Positions 32,069-42,456 of a DNA stretch of 64,000 bases are shown here, in pieces. Source of the DNA: Syntrophales bacterium. GTDB lineage: Bacteria; Desulfobacterota; Syntrophia; Syntrophales; UBA2210. Positions within the stretch are counted from its first letter, which is position 1; each line of letters starts with the position of its first letter. The translations under genes were made by a program, and so were the position numbers. The stretch lies in assembly GCA_963662405.2 (NCBI GenBank), contig CAXXKT010000002.1, positions 352,001 to 416,000 of the forward strand, given 5' to 3'. The notes beneath the pieces are model-generated. The model did not search any database. It saw nothing but the letters and a program-made list of their open reading frames with translations, and was not told where the DNA came from.

Positions 32069-33238
32069 CTAAAAGGGCGGGTGGACGGTCATGAAGGTAA
32101 AGACGCCCATCCCGTTCTGCTCCGGTTTTGTCGGTTCGCCGTTGATCACGCGGGTCATGAGATTAATCAGTTCATCTCTGAGCGTGTCAAGCGGCTTTCC
32201 CTCCACCAGCCCTCCCGCATTGATATCCATGTCGTCTTCCATGTCTACATAGAGCCGACTGTTGCTCGCCACCTTGATGACCGGGACCGTCGGAAAACCC
32301 GCCGGTGTTCCCCTCCCCGTTGAAAAGAGAATCAGTTGCGATCCGCTCGCCGCGAACCCCGCCATGGAATCGGCATCGTATCCCGGCCCGTCCTGCAGGA
32401 TCAGACCCTTTTCCAGGGGGGCAGCCGCGTAGTCCACTACTTCACTGATCGTCCCGGCCCCTCCCTTGACGATACACCCCATGGACTTCTCCGCGATGGT
32501 GCTCATCCCGCCATCCATGTTTCCCGGTGTAATCACCAGTCCGGCCAGTTCACCCATCACCGCGCGGGTTCGTTCCTCGGCACGATCCACCATCTCAGTA
32601 ATCTGTTTCGCCACCCCCGGATCCTTCGCTCGACGCGCAAGGACATGCGCCGTTCCGATCATTTCCGTGTTTTCACCGAACATCACCGTCGCCCCGCGGT
32701 CAACCAGCCAGTCCGCCACGGTTCCGATCGCCACGTTCGCCGTGACACCCGACAGGGCATCGGACCCCCCACATTCGATGGAAAGGAGAAGATCTCCCCA
32801 CGAGATCGGCTCACGCCTCCGTTCCCCCAGTTGCTCCAGATACCTTCGCGCGGCCTTGATCCCCTTCTCCGCCGTCTTCAAGGATCCCCCTTCATCCTGA
32901 ACGTTCAAAATCGTCAGAGGCTTGCCGATCTCCTCAAGCTGCGGCGCCAGGGCCCTGATATTGGAGATCTCACATCCAAGACCGATCAGGACGGCCGCCC
33001 CGACGTTGGGATTTCGTATCATCCCCGTCAAAACCCGAAAGAGGATCTCGATATCGCGGAGACCTCCCCGGCCGCATCCGTGGGCGTGAGTGACACAGAC
33101 CGCCTCGGGGACCTCTCGTGATATTCTGTTGATCACCCCGTTAACGCAGGAAACGGTTGGGATCACGAGGACATGGTTTCGAATACCAACTCGCCCGTCG
33201 CTCCGCCGGTATCCGCTGATCGCCGTTACTTCTTCCAT
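32069..33238 (-). CDS. UxaA/GarD/SuyB-family dehydratase or sulfo-lyase, large subunit
   Basis: GYRRSDGRVGIRNH, LGCE, ECGGSDA, FSTGRG. Confidence 0.9.
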   Translation of the reverse strand: MEEVTAISGYRRSDGRVGIRNHVLVIPTVSCVNGVINRISREVPEAVCVTHAHGCGRGGLRDIEILFRVLTGMIRNPNVGAAVLIGLGCEISNIRALAPQLEEIGKPLTILNVQDEGGSLKTAEKGIKAARRYLEQLGERRREPISWGDLLLSIECGGSDALSGVTANVAIGTVADWLVDRGATVMFGENTEMIGTAHVLARRAKDPGVAKQITEMVDRAEERTRAVMGELAGLVITPGNMDGGMSTIAEKSMGCIVKGGAGTISEVVDYAAAPLEKGLILQDGPGYDADSMAGFAASGSQLILFSTGRGTPAGFPTVPVIKVASNSRLYVDMEDDMDINAGGLVEGKPLDTLRDELINLMTRVINGEPTKPEQNGMGVFTFMTVHPPF

Positions 33239-33510
33239 CGTCCGCTCTCCACATTATGCGTGTGTATCCAGGCGCCACGTTCGATCTTCCGTGCGCTGAC
33301 CGCTACCACCTCCCCGTACTTGACGATCTCTTCTCCGGCATCGATATCCCGAAGGGCGATCTTGTGACTCGCCGGTATAGCCTCTTTGGCGATCAGATCC
33401 CCCACACCCTCGCACAGGATCCCCTCCCCGGCCGCCAGGTCGCGGAGGGCCACCCCGACGTTGTCTTCTGGGTCAATAATCATCATTTTGTGTTGCACGG
33501 GGCACCTCAT
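33226..33510 (-). CDS. SAF-domain small subunit (UxaA N-term/SuyA-like)
   Basis: DNVGVAL, HKIAL, KYG, HTHN. Confidence 0.88.
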   Translation of the reverse strand: MRCPVQHKMMIIDPEDNVGVALRDLAAGEGILCEGVGDLIAKEAIPASHKIALRDIDAGEEIVKYGEVVAVSARKIERGAWIHTHNVESGRWKK

Positions 33511-34760
33511 GCCTCCGGGGGCTTCATATACTGCATGGTCCCGTCCTGGATCACGGCGACCCGCGCTCCCTCGGGGTACTCCTTCTCCAGCAAGGTCAAC
33601 ACCTCCGGCCAGCTCTTGACGATGGTTGCATCATCGATATGACAGATCAAATCGAGCATTGTCCGGTCAGGATGGGGTGCCATAATGACGAGTCGCTTCA
33701 TGCCAGCCCGTATGAACCCCTGTCCCGCAATCTTGGGTTGAAAGTGACGGCCGCCGTAATCGGTCCCCCAGGCCCGCATGACGTAGTGAGGAACCTGCCC
33801 CTCCGGGGCGTCGGAGATGAGAACCGCCGTACCCGAACCGCCGGGTTTCAGCGCCATCAATGACAGAAGGAGGGAGATAGCCGATTCATTCGCCTTTCCA
33901 TAGGCGTTGCAGACGGCGATATCGTACCCGGTCGCGTGGGGAATACCGTAGTGTTCCCTCCCTTCCTCTCCCCCAGCCTGGTGGGTGGCCCTGAACGAGC
34001 CCGCATAGAGACTGGCGATCTCACCTCGTCGATTGATCAGACAATCTATCTTGAAGTCGAGTCCCGCCAGATCACCGGCGGCATCGCACTCGGCCCGCAT
34101 GATATTGTCGTCGAAACGACCGAGGCCGGTTCGGCCGGGATCACGATGCAACTGGTTGTGAAACTGGTTGATCGATTCGATCCCGGCGATCCCGGGGAGG
34201 ATGATCTTCGCGCCCCCGCCGAACCCAACGTGGACGTGGGCGGTGATACACCCGATCCCGATCCTCAGATCGCAATTCATGAACTCGCGATTGAGCCAGA
34301 CCTCTACCCCCGTCGGCGTTCGCCCCACCCGGACGGTGTTCTGAAAGGGATCGTGGTTGTAGACGGCATAGTTTTCGACGATATGATCCCCCAGCTTCTT
34401 TCGGGCATTGATCATATCGTAGGTACCGTGACTCCCCAGGGCCCAGATAAACCGGATCTGATCCCTCTCCATTCCACTCCGGTGGAGAGCGTCCAAGACA
34501 AAGGGGGCAACATCCTTGACCGGCGTGGGGCGGGTCATGTCGTCAAAGACGATGACCGCCTGTCTCTTCCCTTTAGCAAGCTCCTCAAGGGTCGGGCCTT
34601 CGATCGGCTGTTCAACCTTCCGACGTATCTCTTCCGGGGAAAGGCCGGGGTTATCAAAACCGGGAGAGGTCAGATCGTCCACCTCCCACCGGTCGGGGAA
34701 GGTCAGCTCCCTCTCCTCATTTTCGTACCAGAGACGTGACGGTATCGAGACCTTTTTCAT
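33507..34760 (-). CDS. LarA-family (nickel-pincer) racemase/epimerase
   Basis: DDMTRPTP, ALGSH, NHD, HVHVGFGGGAKIILPG. Confidence 0.88.
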   Translation of the reverse strand: MKKVSIPSRLWYENEERELTFPDRWEVDDLTSPGFDNPGLSPEEIRRKVEQPIEGPTLEELAKGKRQAVIVFDDMTRPTPVKDVAPFVLDALHRSGMERDQIRFIWALGSHGTYDMINARKKLGDHIVENYAVYNHDPFQNTVRVGRTPTGVEVWLNREFMNCDLRIGIGCITAHVHVGFGGGAKIILPGIAGIESINQFHNQLHRDPGRTGLGRFDDNIMRAECDAAGDLAGLDFKIDCLINRRGEIASLYAGSFRATHQAGGEEGREHYGIPHATGYDIAVCNAYGKANESAISLLLSLMALKPGGSGTAVLISDAPEGQVPHYVMRAWGTDYGGRHFQPKIAGQGFIRAGMKRLVIMAPHPDRTMLDLICHIDDATIVKSWPEVLTLLEKEYPEGARVAVIQDGTMQYMKPPEA

Positions 34761-34788
34761 CCCTTTATCCTTTCCTGCACACCGGTAT

Positions 34789-35460
34789 TTATCCGATCAG
34801 GATCACCACCAGCCGCCGCGGGCCGTGCATCCCCTTGAAGGGCCTCCCCTGGATATCCGCCGTCATGCTGGGCCCCGTGATAAAGCTGATCTGGGAAGGA
34901 GCATTTCCCGATCTTCCGTATAGCTGTTCGATCGCTTGCTCATACACCGCAACCATTCGATCAACGGGAACCACGGCAATGTGGAGGATGGGGGCAAGAG
35001 AGACAAGGCGCGGGTTATGCCTGTTATGCCCTATAACGAGCGTCCCTGTTTCGGCGACGGCGTAATCGACGCCGGTAATCCCGGCCTGGGCATCATCAAA
35101 GAGGGCATCACGATACGAATCACCGTCCCCGAAATCATCTGCGGAGTACACCGTGACTCCACGTTCTGTTCCCCAACCGGGCAGGTCGAGCGGCGCGACG
35201 ATCTCATCCGTCGATACCGCCACCCGCTGCAGCCCCTCCTCGGCGGCTATCACCGTGAGTTTGTCAAGCACATTGTCCTTGTCTCCGACCCGATATACGA
35301 CACCCTCCTCCGCCGTCAGTTTCTCGGTAAAGGTTGCAATCATCCCTTCCCGGTCAAGGGAAAGCTCCCTCAGGGGAGGCATCCCCGGCCGGGGGGACAC
35401 CCCACCTTTCGGTGCCCTCTTGAGCCTTTCCAGGATTTCTTCCCGCGCGTTTTGCTCCAC
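34789..35460 (-). CDS. lutC: LUD-domain protein LutC-like
   Basis: AVAETGT, ITGPSMTADI, GMHGP. Confidence 0.85.
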   Translation of the reverse strand: MEQNAREEILERLKRAPKGGVSPRPGMPPLRELSLDREGMIATFTEKLTAEEGVVYRVGDKDNVLDKLTVIAAEEGLQRVAVSTDEIVAPLDLPGWGTERGVTVYSADDFGDGDSYRDALFDDAQAGITGVDYAVAETGTLVIGHNRHNPRLVSLAPILHIAVVPVDRMVAVYEQAIEQLYGRSGNAPSQISFITGPSMTADIQGRPFKGMHGPRRLVVILIG

Positions 35461-35462
35461 AA

Positions 35463-36923
35463 TCAGGTCTCCTCGTCCGATCTCACGGTGATGGTTTCAC
35501 TCTTCAGCCGTTTCCAACGCTCATGAAAGGTCTCCCGGGCGACAGGGGGGAGGTTTCTGCTGTGGAACCACCCCCTGAAAAAAGGACCCATTCCCGCGAT
35601 CACGCCGCCATGAGCATATCTGTTGACGAGGGGACGGATCAGCTTGACCCCCATCTTCCAGAGGGCACTGTGCGTGACGACCCGCTGCCAGAGATCAAAA
35701 AAAAGCGATTCCAGCCGGAGACGTCTCTCCCCGTGTAATCCTCGATCTCCCTGCACATCCTTTGAACGGTAATAGAGAAAGAGAGAGGGATGATCGACCC
35801 CCGCGGGACATACCTCCCTGCAGGTACCGCACAGGGTGCAGGCCCGGTAGAGATCCTGCGTTCGGTCAAGGCCGAGGAGGAGGGGGGTGAGGACCTGCCC
35901 CATAGGTCCGGAATAGGCCCACCCGTAAGGATAGCCGCCGACCTTTGTGTAGACCGGGCAGAGATTGAGACATCCCCCGCAGCGGATACACCGCAGGGCC
36001 TCACGGGCTATCCAATCGGCGTAGATCTCCGACCGCCCGTTATCGACGATGACAATGAAAAGCTCCTCAGGCCCGTCGATCTCTCCCGTCCTTCGGGGTC
36101 CGTTGTCCATCGTCACATAGGCGGAGATCGCCTGCCCCGTGCAGCACCGCGACAGGAGACGCGTCAGATGCATGGCATCCGCCATCGTGGGGACTACCTT
36201 CTCGAGGCTCATGATCGCGACCAGCGTCCGGGGTGATGACTTATTGAACCGGATATTTCCTTCATTTTCCAGGTTGATGATCGTCCCCGTCTCGGCCACG
36301 GCCATGTTGATACCGGTAATCCCCATCGCGACATGGTGAAACTTGTCACGGAGGAAGATGCGCGCCGCGTATCCCAGCTCGGTGGGGTCGATGGTCGGTT
36401 CCACCATCCCCGCTTTCTCCATGAAGAGGTCGCAGACCTCTTCAACGGGGATGTTGATCGCCGGACCGACGATATGGAAGGGGGGACGTCCGAGCTGCTG
36501 TACGATAAACTCACCGAGGTCCGTCTCAAAGGGTTCGATCCCGTCCGCGGCGAAGGCGTCGTTCAGTCCCATCTCCTCCGTCACCATCGATTTTCCCTTC
36601 GTGACGTAGGTGACATTCCGTTCACGGGCAAGGGCGAGAACCAGTTCGTTGGCTTGCCGTGCATCACGTGCCCAGAGGACCTTTGCCCCCTGCGCCAGGG
36701 CGTTCTTCTCGAATTCTTCGAGGAGTTCGGGGAGCCGCGCCACGACCTCGGCGCGTATCGCCTGGCCGCCCGCCTGCGCCGCATCGGGATCGGGGAAGGT
36801 ACCCATGACACTCTTTCGCCGCGCCGCTATGACCGCGGGCATCGCCTTGAGAAAGAGGCGGGCGTAGGGGTTTTTGATTTCCTTTTCGGCAACCTCTTTG
36901 AAGAGGGAGGTCCTGATCTCCAT
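35463..36923 (-). CDS. lutB: Fe-S protein LutB-like
   Basis: KSMVTEE, ETDLGE, NEGN, CIRCGGCLNLCP; start reassigned to MEIRT. Confidence 0.9.
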   Translation of the reverse strand: MEIRTSLFKEVAEKEIKNPYARLFLKAMPAVIAARRKSVMGTFPDPDAAQAGGQAIRAEVVARLPELLEEFEKNALAQGAKVLWARDARQANELVLALARERNVTYVTKGKSMVTEEMGLNDAFAADGIEPFETDLGEFIVQQLGRPPFHIVGPAINIPVEEVCDLFMEKAGMVEPTIDPTELGYAARIFLRDKFHHVAMGITGINMAVAETGTIINLENEGNIRFNKSSPRTLVAIMSLEKVVPTMADAMHLTRLLSRCCTGQAISAYVTMDNGPRRTGEIDGPEELFIVIVDNGRSEIYADWIAREALRCIRCGGCLNLCPVYTKVGGYPYGWAYSGPMGQVLTPLLLGLDRTQDLYRACTLCGTCREVCPAGVDHPSLFLYYRSKDVQGDRGLHGERRLRLESLFFDLWQRVVTHSALWKMGVKLIRPLVNRYAHGGVIAGMGPFFRGWFHSRNLPPVARETFHERWKRLKSETITVRSDEET

Positions 36924-36924
36924 A

Positions 36925-37659
36925 TTACGCTCCCCGTCCGGTCCCGTCCAGAAAGCTGGCGATATGCATGGCCTTCTTTTCGGGATGGTTGCGGCTGAGA
37001 TATCCGTTGATATTGAGGAGACACCCCGGCTCACAGAGGACCAGGAGGTCGGCGCCACTCTCCAGATAATTTTCGACCTTTTCCTTGACCATCTCTTCGG
37101 AGATAAAGTGGTAGCTTTCGGCAAACTCGCCGCCGAAGCCACAGCACATATCGGCGGATGGAAGGGGGACAAATTCGACACCCCGTGTCCTTTGGATAAG
37201 CCGTTTCGGTTGCTCGGAGACACCGAGCCCCCGGAGGATATGACAGGATTCGTGATAGGTAACCGTCCCGTTGTATGCCGCGCCTGTATCTTCGACACCG
37301 AGGACATCGACGATATACTGTGAGATCTCGTATATCCGGCCCGAGAGTTCCTCGGCCCGCCTCAGCCATATCGGCTCATCACGGAAGAGGAGGGGGTAGT
37401 GGTATTTCACCATATGGACACACGAACCGGAGGGACTGACGATGACCTCGTCCTCTCCGAAGATGTCGATAAAGTGTTTCGCCGCCTCTGTGGCTTGTTT
37501 ACGGTACCCGCCATTCATCGCGGGCTGGCCGCAGCAGGTCTGAGCTTTGTGATAGACCGGATCCACTCCGAGCCGGCGAAGCACGCGAACGGTCGCCTCC
37601 CCGATCTCCGGAAGAAAGACATCCACGATGCAGGGGATAAAGAGAGATGCCTGTTTCAT
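36925..37659 (-). CDS. lutA: CCG-domain protein LutA-like
   Basis: QTCCGQP, SGSC, YHESCH, CCGFGG. Confidence 0.9.
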   Translation of the reverse strand: MKQASLFIPCIVDVFLPEIGEATVRVLRRLGVDPVYHKAQTCCGQPAMNGGYRKQATEAAKHFIDIFGEDEVIVSPSGSCVHMVKYHYPLLFRDEPIWLRRAEELSGRIYEISQYIVDVLGVEDTGAAYNGTVTYHESCHILRGLGVSEQPKRLIQRTRGVEFVPLPSADMCCGFGGEFAESYHFISEEMVKEKVENYLESGADLLVLCEPGCLLNINGYLSRNHPEKKAMHIASFLDGTGRGA

Positions 37660-37767
37660 GATCCCTCCATGAGCCATGGAATACGGTTAAACAGCAAGAA
37701 AGGGGCCGTAGATAATATCAACAACACCACCCTCGGCCGTGTATCCCCACGAAGGGCTATACCGGCT

Positions 37768-38679
37768 CTAGGCGTCGGCTGCTGCTGTTTTTGAATGGAG
37801 CATCCGCTCGATCTGACAGTCCTTCTCCTCCCACAGCTCGTTCAACCACTGGTGGAACCTTTCGCGATACTCGGAATCGTTGAAATAATCACCCAGCAGT
37901 TCACTGGTGAGCGGGTACGTCCTGACCCTGACCTTGACCTCGTCCACCTTCCCGCAGAGAAACTGCCAGAAACTCTTCTCTCCACCGGGGTATGCGATGG
38001 TAACATCCACGATGCGGTGCAATTGCTCACCCATGGCCTGGAAGACAAAGGCCATACCGCCGGCCTTCGGCCGGAGAAGATTCTTGTACGGGGACCGTTG
38101 CAGTTTGTGCTTCGTCGACATGAACCTCGTCCCCTCGACAAAGTTCATCACGGAAACGGGAATGGTCTTGAATTTTTCGCACGCCTTCTTGGTCGTCTCA
38201 AGATCCTTGCCTTTGAGGTGAGGATGCTTTTCGAGAAAGGCCTGGGAGTATCGTTTCATAAAGGGAAAATCGAGGGCCCACCACGCAAGTCCGATGACCG
38301 GAACCCATATCAATTCCTTCTTGAGAAAGAATTTCAGGAAGGGAATTTTTCGATGAAAGACCCGCTGCAGGACGAGGATATCGACCCAGGACTGGTGATT
38401 CGACAGGACCATATACCACTCGTTGCGCTTCAGACCTTCCAGTCCTTCCACATCCCAGCGGACCCTGGCGGTACACCGTTGGTTGAAATTATTGACCGCG
38501 ATCCAGTTATCCGCGATCCTGGAGAGCAGGATATCACAGATCTTGCGCCAACCCCGCAGGGGAATCAGCAGCTTCAATACAGCGATGAAAAATATTTGTG
38601 TTGCAGCAAAAACCGTATTGGCTGCATACAGCAAAAGGGATGCCACTCCCCTCATCAATCCTACAAAAGAACGAACCAT
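37768..38679 (-). CDS. Acyltransferase (YihG-like)
   Basis: SNHQSWVD, FFLKKEL, FVEGTR. Confidence 0.88.
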   Translation of the reverse strand: MVRSFVGLMRGVASLLLYAANTVFAATQIFFIAVLKLLIPLRGWRKICDILLSRIADNWIAVNNFNQRCTARVRWDVEGLEGLKRNEWYMVLSNHQSWVDILVLQRVFHRKIPFLKFFLKKELIWVPVIGLAWWALDFPFMKRYSQAFLEKHPHLKGKDLETTKKACEKFKTIPVSVMNFVEGTRFMSTKHKLQRSPYKNLLRPKAGGMAFVFQAMGEQLHRIVDVTIAYPGGEKSFWQFLCGKVDEVKVRVRTYPLTSELLGDYFNDSEYRERFHQWLNELWEEKDCQIERMLHSKTAAADA

Positions 38680-39006
38680 GAACTGCTCCTCCCATATCTC
38701 AAGCCATCAACCCCCTCCCCATAACACGTTCCACCTTCTTTTTCCAGTCAGGAGATACCACCAGATCAGATTTTGACCGTCGGATTCGGTTGAAATGGGT
38801 GGGGAAGCGATCACGATCCGCTATCTCCTTTGGGAAGAAAGGGGCTGCGAGGGAATCGGGGGAGGCTGTGGGAGGATGAATACGGTCAGTGCAAGGGCCA
38901 TCCGCATTTTCATGCCACGTCCCCTTCAAAAAAGATCTGCCTGAACGAATCTATCTCCGGAATAATATGCTTGTCGGGATACTTTTCAAGGAATTGGGGA
39001 AACCTG

Positions 39007-40356
39007 TCAGGACGATGTGAGGCGCTGTTCCCCAAACCGCCGGAGGAGCGTATAGATCGCCTCCGACCCAAAGGCCAGCCCTTCGACCGGTATCCGTTCA
39101 TCCGCCGCGTGGATCATGTGTATGAAATTGAAGTCCCTCGGGAGCTGCACCGGAAGGAACCCGTAAGTCTGAATCCCTAATCGCGAAAAATGACGGCCGT
39201 CCGTGGTGGCAGGCAGGAGAAGCGGAACAGGTGTCCCCTCCGGGTCCGCCTCTCTCAGGATGTCGGACAACGTATCGAAGAGTCCCATGTCCGGTTCGGC
39301 GGGGCCGGGAGAATAGTTCAGGACCTCAAGCTCCACTGCATCACCAACAAGTCCGCGGATCTCAGCGATCAGATCATCGGGTGAAAAACCGGGGAGCAAT
39401 CTACCATCCAGATCGACGGACACCTCGCTGGGGATCACGTTGATCGAGGAACTCCCCTGAAGGATCGTCGGGCTGACGGTATTATGCAGCATGGGATCGA
39501 AAAAAGCCCCGCGTTCGCTGAGGATCGTGAGGAGCGCATTCGTCAAAGCGGGATTCTTCAATCCACCAAGAACCAGGCCGGTCACCCCGCCGAGCGCCGA
39601 TGCGATTTCATCGATCATGTCCCGGGCGGTGGAGGTGACATGGACCGGAAGGCGGTTCCTGTCGAGTCTTCGAAGCACCTCAGAAAGCCGCGCCATGGCA
39701 CCGCCGCGCACGGGCATCGAACCGTGCCCCCCTTGTCCCCGGACGGTAGCCCTCACCGCACAGCGCTGTTTCTCGGCAACCATGATCGGATAGAAGCGAC
39801 GATTACCGCTGTAAAAGGTGAATCCGCCACACTCGCCGATCGCATATCGGACCCCTTCAAAAAGGTCCGGGTGATTCTCCACGAGGAATCGGGCTCCGAA
39901 TTCACCCGACGTCTCTTCATCGCTCACAACGGCGAATATCACATCTCCGGGGAGCGTTAGGTTCTCCGCCTTTGCTCGGAGAAAGGCGGAGAGCATCATC
40001 GCCACACCCCCCTTCATATCAAGGGCGCCGCGCCCCCACACGAAGCCGTCCGCAACGAGGCCCTCAAAGGGGGGGTATTGCCATTGCTGATTTTCCGTGG
40101 TGACCACATCCAGATGCCCGTACAACAGGAGGGGGGGTGCGTTTCCCTGGCCGGGCAACCGGGCAACCAGGTTGGGCCGTTGCGGGTTTCGACTCCGAAT
40201 GGTGGTTTCAATCCCCGCGTCCTTCAACAGACCATCGATGAATGAAACGCACTCCACCTCGTTTCCGGGCGGGTTGGTGGTGTCGAACCGGATCAGGTGC
40301 TGCAGCAGTTCCACGGAACGCCGATACGCGGGGACTCCGTCCTTCAGTAATTCCAT
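39007..40356 (-). CDS. M20/M25/M40 metallo-hydrolase
   Basis: GHLDVV, GRGALDMKG, DEE, HAADE. Confidence 0.9.
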   Translation of the reverse strand: MELLKDGVPAYRRSVELLQHLIRFDTTNPPGNEVECVSFIDGLLKDAGIETTIRSRNPQRPNLVARLPGQGNAPPLLLYGHLDVVTTENQQWQYPPFEGLVADGFVWGRGALDMKGGVAMMLSAFLRAKAENLTLPGDVIFAVVSDEETSGEFGARFLVENHPDLFEGVRYAIGECGGFTFYSGNRRFYPIMVAEKQRCAVRATVRGQGGHGSMPVRGGAMARLSEVLRRLDRNRLPVHVTSTARDMIDEIASALGGVTGLVLGGLKNPALTNALLTILSERGAFFDPMLHNTVSPTILQGSSSINVIPSEVSVDLDGRLLPGFSPDDLIAEIRGLVGDAVELEVLNYSPGPAEPDMGLFDTLSDILREADPEGTPVPLLLPATTDGRHFSRLGIQTYGFLPVQLPRDFNFIHMIHAADERIPVEGLAFGSEAIYTLLRRFGEQRLTSS

Positions 40357-40395
40357 ATGAATTTCCCTTTCTCACCCACGGCGTTCACCGCTTCG

Positions 40396-40701
40396 CTACG
40401 CCTCCCGCAGGATCCTGACGGAGACACCCTCCACCATGTCCTTGACCTTTTCCCGGTAAGCCAGCATATGGGGGGCCCCCATATGCCCCCGGAGAGCCTC
40501 GAGGCCTTCCCACTTTTCAACAACCGTGACAACATTCGCATCCAAGGTCTGCCCCGGTAGACCCGCCTCGACATCTACGGCCGGAAAATATTCGAGGCAC
40601 CCCTCCTCTTCCCGGACACGGGGGACATTGGCCTTAAAGATTTCGAGAAAATCCGGAATATTCTCCACCTTCACCTGTATCGACGCAAGAACCGTAATCA
40701 T
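40396..40701 (-). CDS. ABM (antibiotic biosynthesis monooxygenase) domain protein
   Basis: VREEEGCLEY, EKW, HM pattern. Confidence 0.82.
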   Translation of the reverse strand: MITVLASIQVKVENIPDFLEIFKANVPRVREEEGCLEYFPAVDVEAGLPGQTLDANVVTVVEKWEGLEALRGHMGAPHMLAYREKVKDMVEGVSVRILREA

Positions 40702-40747
40702 ATGTATCCTCCTCTTATCTTGATAAATCAATCGAGCACTTTCTTCG

Positions 40748-41200
40748 TCACACCCCGAGATCGTCTTTCTCCAAGGCCATGAAAGAGCGCCATGCTTCAT
40801 CCATAACTGGTAGCCACTCCCGGAGGACCGGCGATGTGGCCTCTTCTTCCGGGACTCCTCGAAACTGAGTCAAATAATGAAACATGAAGGCGGACACCCT
40901 GGCATTAACGGCACAGTGCACCCAGACCTTCTTCCCGCGCAGGACGGACATGATCCCGCAGAATATCTTCAGGTGCTGGGCTGTGGGCTTTTCGAAAGGA
41001 ACCGGGATATGGACGTATAACATCCCCCGGGCAGCAACAATACCCCCCTCATCCGGTATCGCGTTATCGGAGTCGTGCATGGCGAGATTCACCACCGCTT
41101 CATACCCCCTCCGCGCGATATCGGTCAACTGTTCCCTCGACGGTTGTCCTGACGTTGCGATCTGTTCGGTAATCCGGTAATAGTTGAGCGGTTCATCCAT
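40748..41200 (-). CDS. Protein-tyrosine-phosphatase-like protein
   Basis: TSGQP, HCAVNAR (HCx5R). Confidence 0.82.
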   Translation of the reverse strand: MDEPLNYYRITEQIATSGQPSREQLTDIARRGYEAVVNLAMHDSDNAIPDEGGIVAARGMLYVHIPVPFEKPTAQHLKIFCGIMSVLRGKKVWVHCAVNARVSAFMFHYLTQFRGVPEEEATSPVLREWLPVMDEAWRSFMALEKDDLGV

Positions 41201-41233
41201 GGGTAATTTCAGGACATCGGTCGACAGTTCCTG

Positions 41234-41443
41234 CTACTCCTCTGCTTTTTTGATGGTACTGAAACCAAAGAGGGTATACAGGGGGCAAAAACCGACGAAA
41301 CTGGTTATCAGAAAAATGACGGCAACGATCCCGAGAATGACGGCGGCGGTCCCGGTAATCGCGCCGGTCATGTACAGCGCCACCACGACTAATGCCAATA
41401 TCGTTCTGATACTACGGTCAAGTGTTCCCATATTTCTTTTCAT
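41234..41443 (-). CDS. DUF2892 small membrane protein
   Basis: NMGTLDR...GFCPLY. Confidence 0.85.
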   Translation of the reverse strand: MKRNMGTLDRSIRTILALVVVALYMTGAITGTAAVILGIVAVIFLITSFVGFCPLYTLFGFSTIKKAEE

Positions 41444-41511
41444 CTCACACCCCCATTTTTTCTGAGCGGGCACGGTTGCCCACACAGTGAAAACAGAATC
41501 ATTCACGTGGC

Positions 41512-42045
41512 CTACCAACGCTGTTCACTCCTGAAAACAGAACGCTTTCGGCGAAAACGGAACAGCCGTGAGAAGGCCATCATCGACAGTTCTATCACCA
41601 TCAGCACAAAAACCGCTGATACAGCACCTGCCGACACAGCCTCTCTATTCAGTGGAAGCGTGAATGAATAGTTTACATATGTCTCGTGGATCAATACCCT
41701 GTCCCCCCTTAACGCGATAAAGGCAACCTGGCGAGCCAAACCGGCGTCAAGACCCCGCTGCTCATCACTGAACCTCAGGTATCGCTCGAACATGAGCCTG
41801 ATTGGCCGGGCTTCTTCCCTGGACACTCTATCTTCACTCGTCTCGTGCTTTTTTATCAATGCCGATATTGAACCGTCATAATGCCGATTCGCTATTTCCT
41901 GATATCCCCGGAGATTGCCCTCTACTTCGAGGAGATGGGCATCCACTCTTTTATCGTACTGATCGACAAAATTAGGTATCTGTATTCCGAGCAAGACAGC
42001 CGTACAGGCAACCAGAATAAGAAAATAACGATACAAAACCTTCAT
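41512..42045 (-). CDS. DUF2937-like membrane protein
   Basis: GIQIPNFVDQY..RVDAHL. Confidence 0.75.
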   Translation of the reverse strand: MKVLYRYFLILVACTAVLLGIQIPNFVDQYDKRVDAHLLEVEGNLRGYQEIANRHYDGSISALIKKHETSEDRVSREEARPIRLMFERYLRFSDEQRGLDAGLARQVAFIALRGDRVLIHETYVNYSFTLPLNREAVSAGAVSAVFVLMVIELSMMAFSRLFRFRRKRSVFRSEQRW

Positions 42046-42456
42046 GCTCCCCCCCTCTCAGCACTCTGGTTCGGGCAAATCTTCCAGCCTCCAGCCCCCC
42101 GATATACTTCATGAAGAACCGATCGTATCCAAAGACACACAGCCCCCCTTCTCATGGAGAGACGGGGCTGTAGTATGATCCGGCCATGATTTCCTCTTTG
42201 TGGGGTCAAGCGAAACGAACTTCGTCCATGAACCGTTCGAAACCATACCTGAGAATAATACGCCCACGGGGATAATTGTCAAGGGATTTCAGGTAAAACG
42301 CGGAAGGCAATCCCTTTCCCCGGCAGGGAGCTGTTTCCGCCCGATTCTTTGGTACGGTATCGCCGGACGGAGTGAAAAAGTCTCTTGAAGGTATCGAAAG
42401 TGAAATGGTATATGGGCGCTGTTTGTACGAGAAGCCTTTTACTCAGGGATAATGCA

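Noticed and set aside
36924..37307. N-terminal extension of LutB
   Set aside because: Overlaps lutA in another frame; an RBS precedes ATG 36923.
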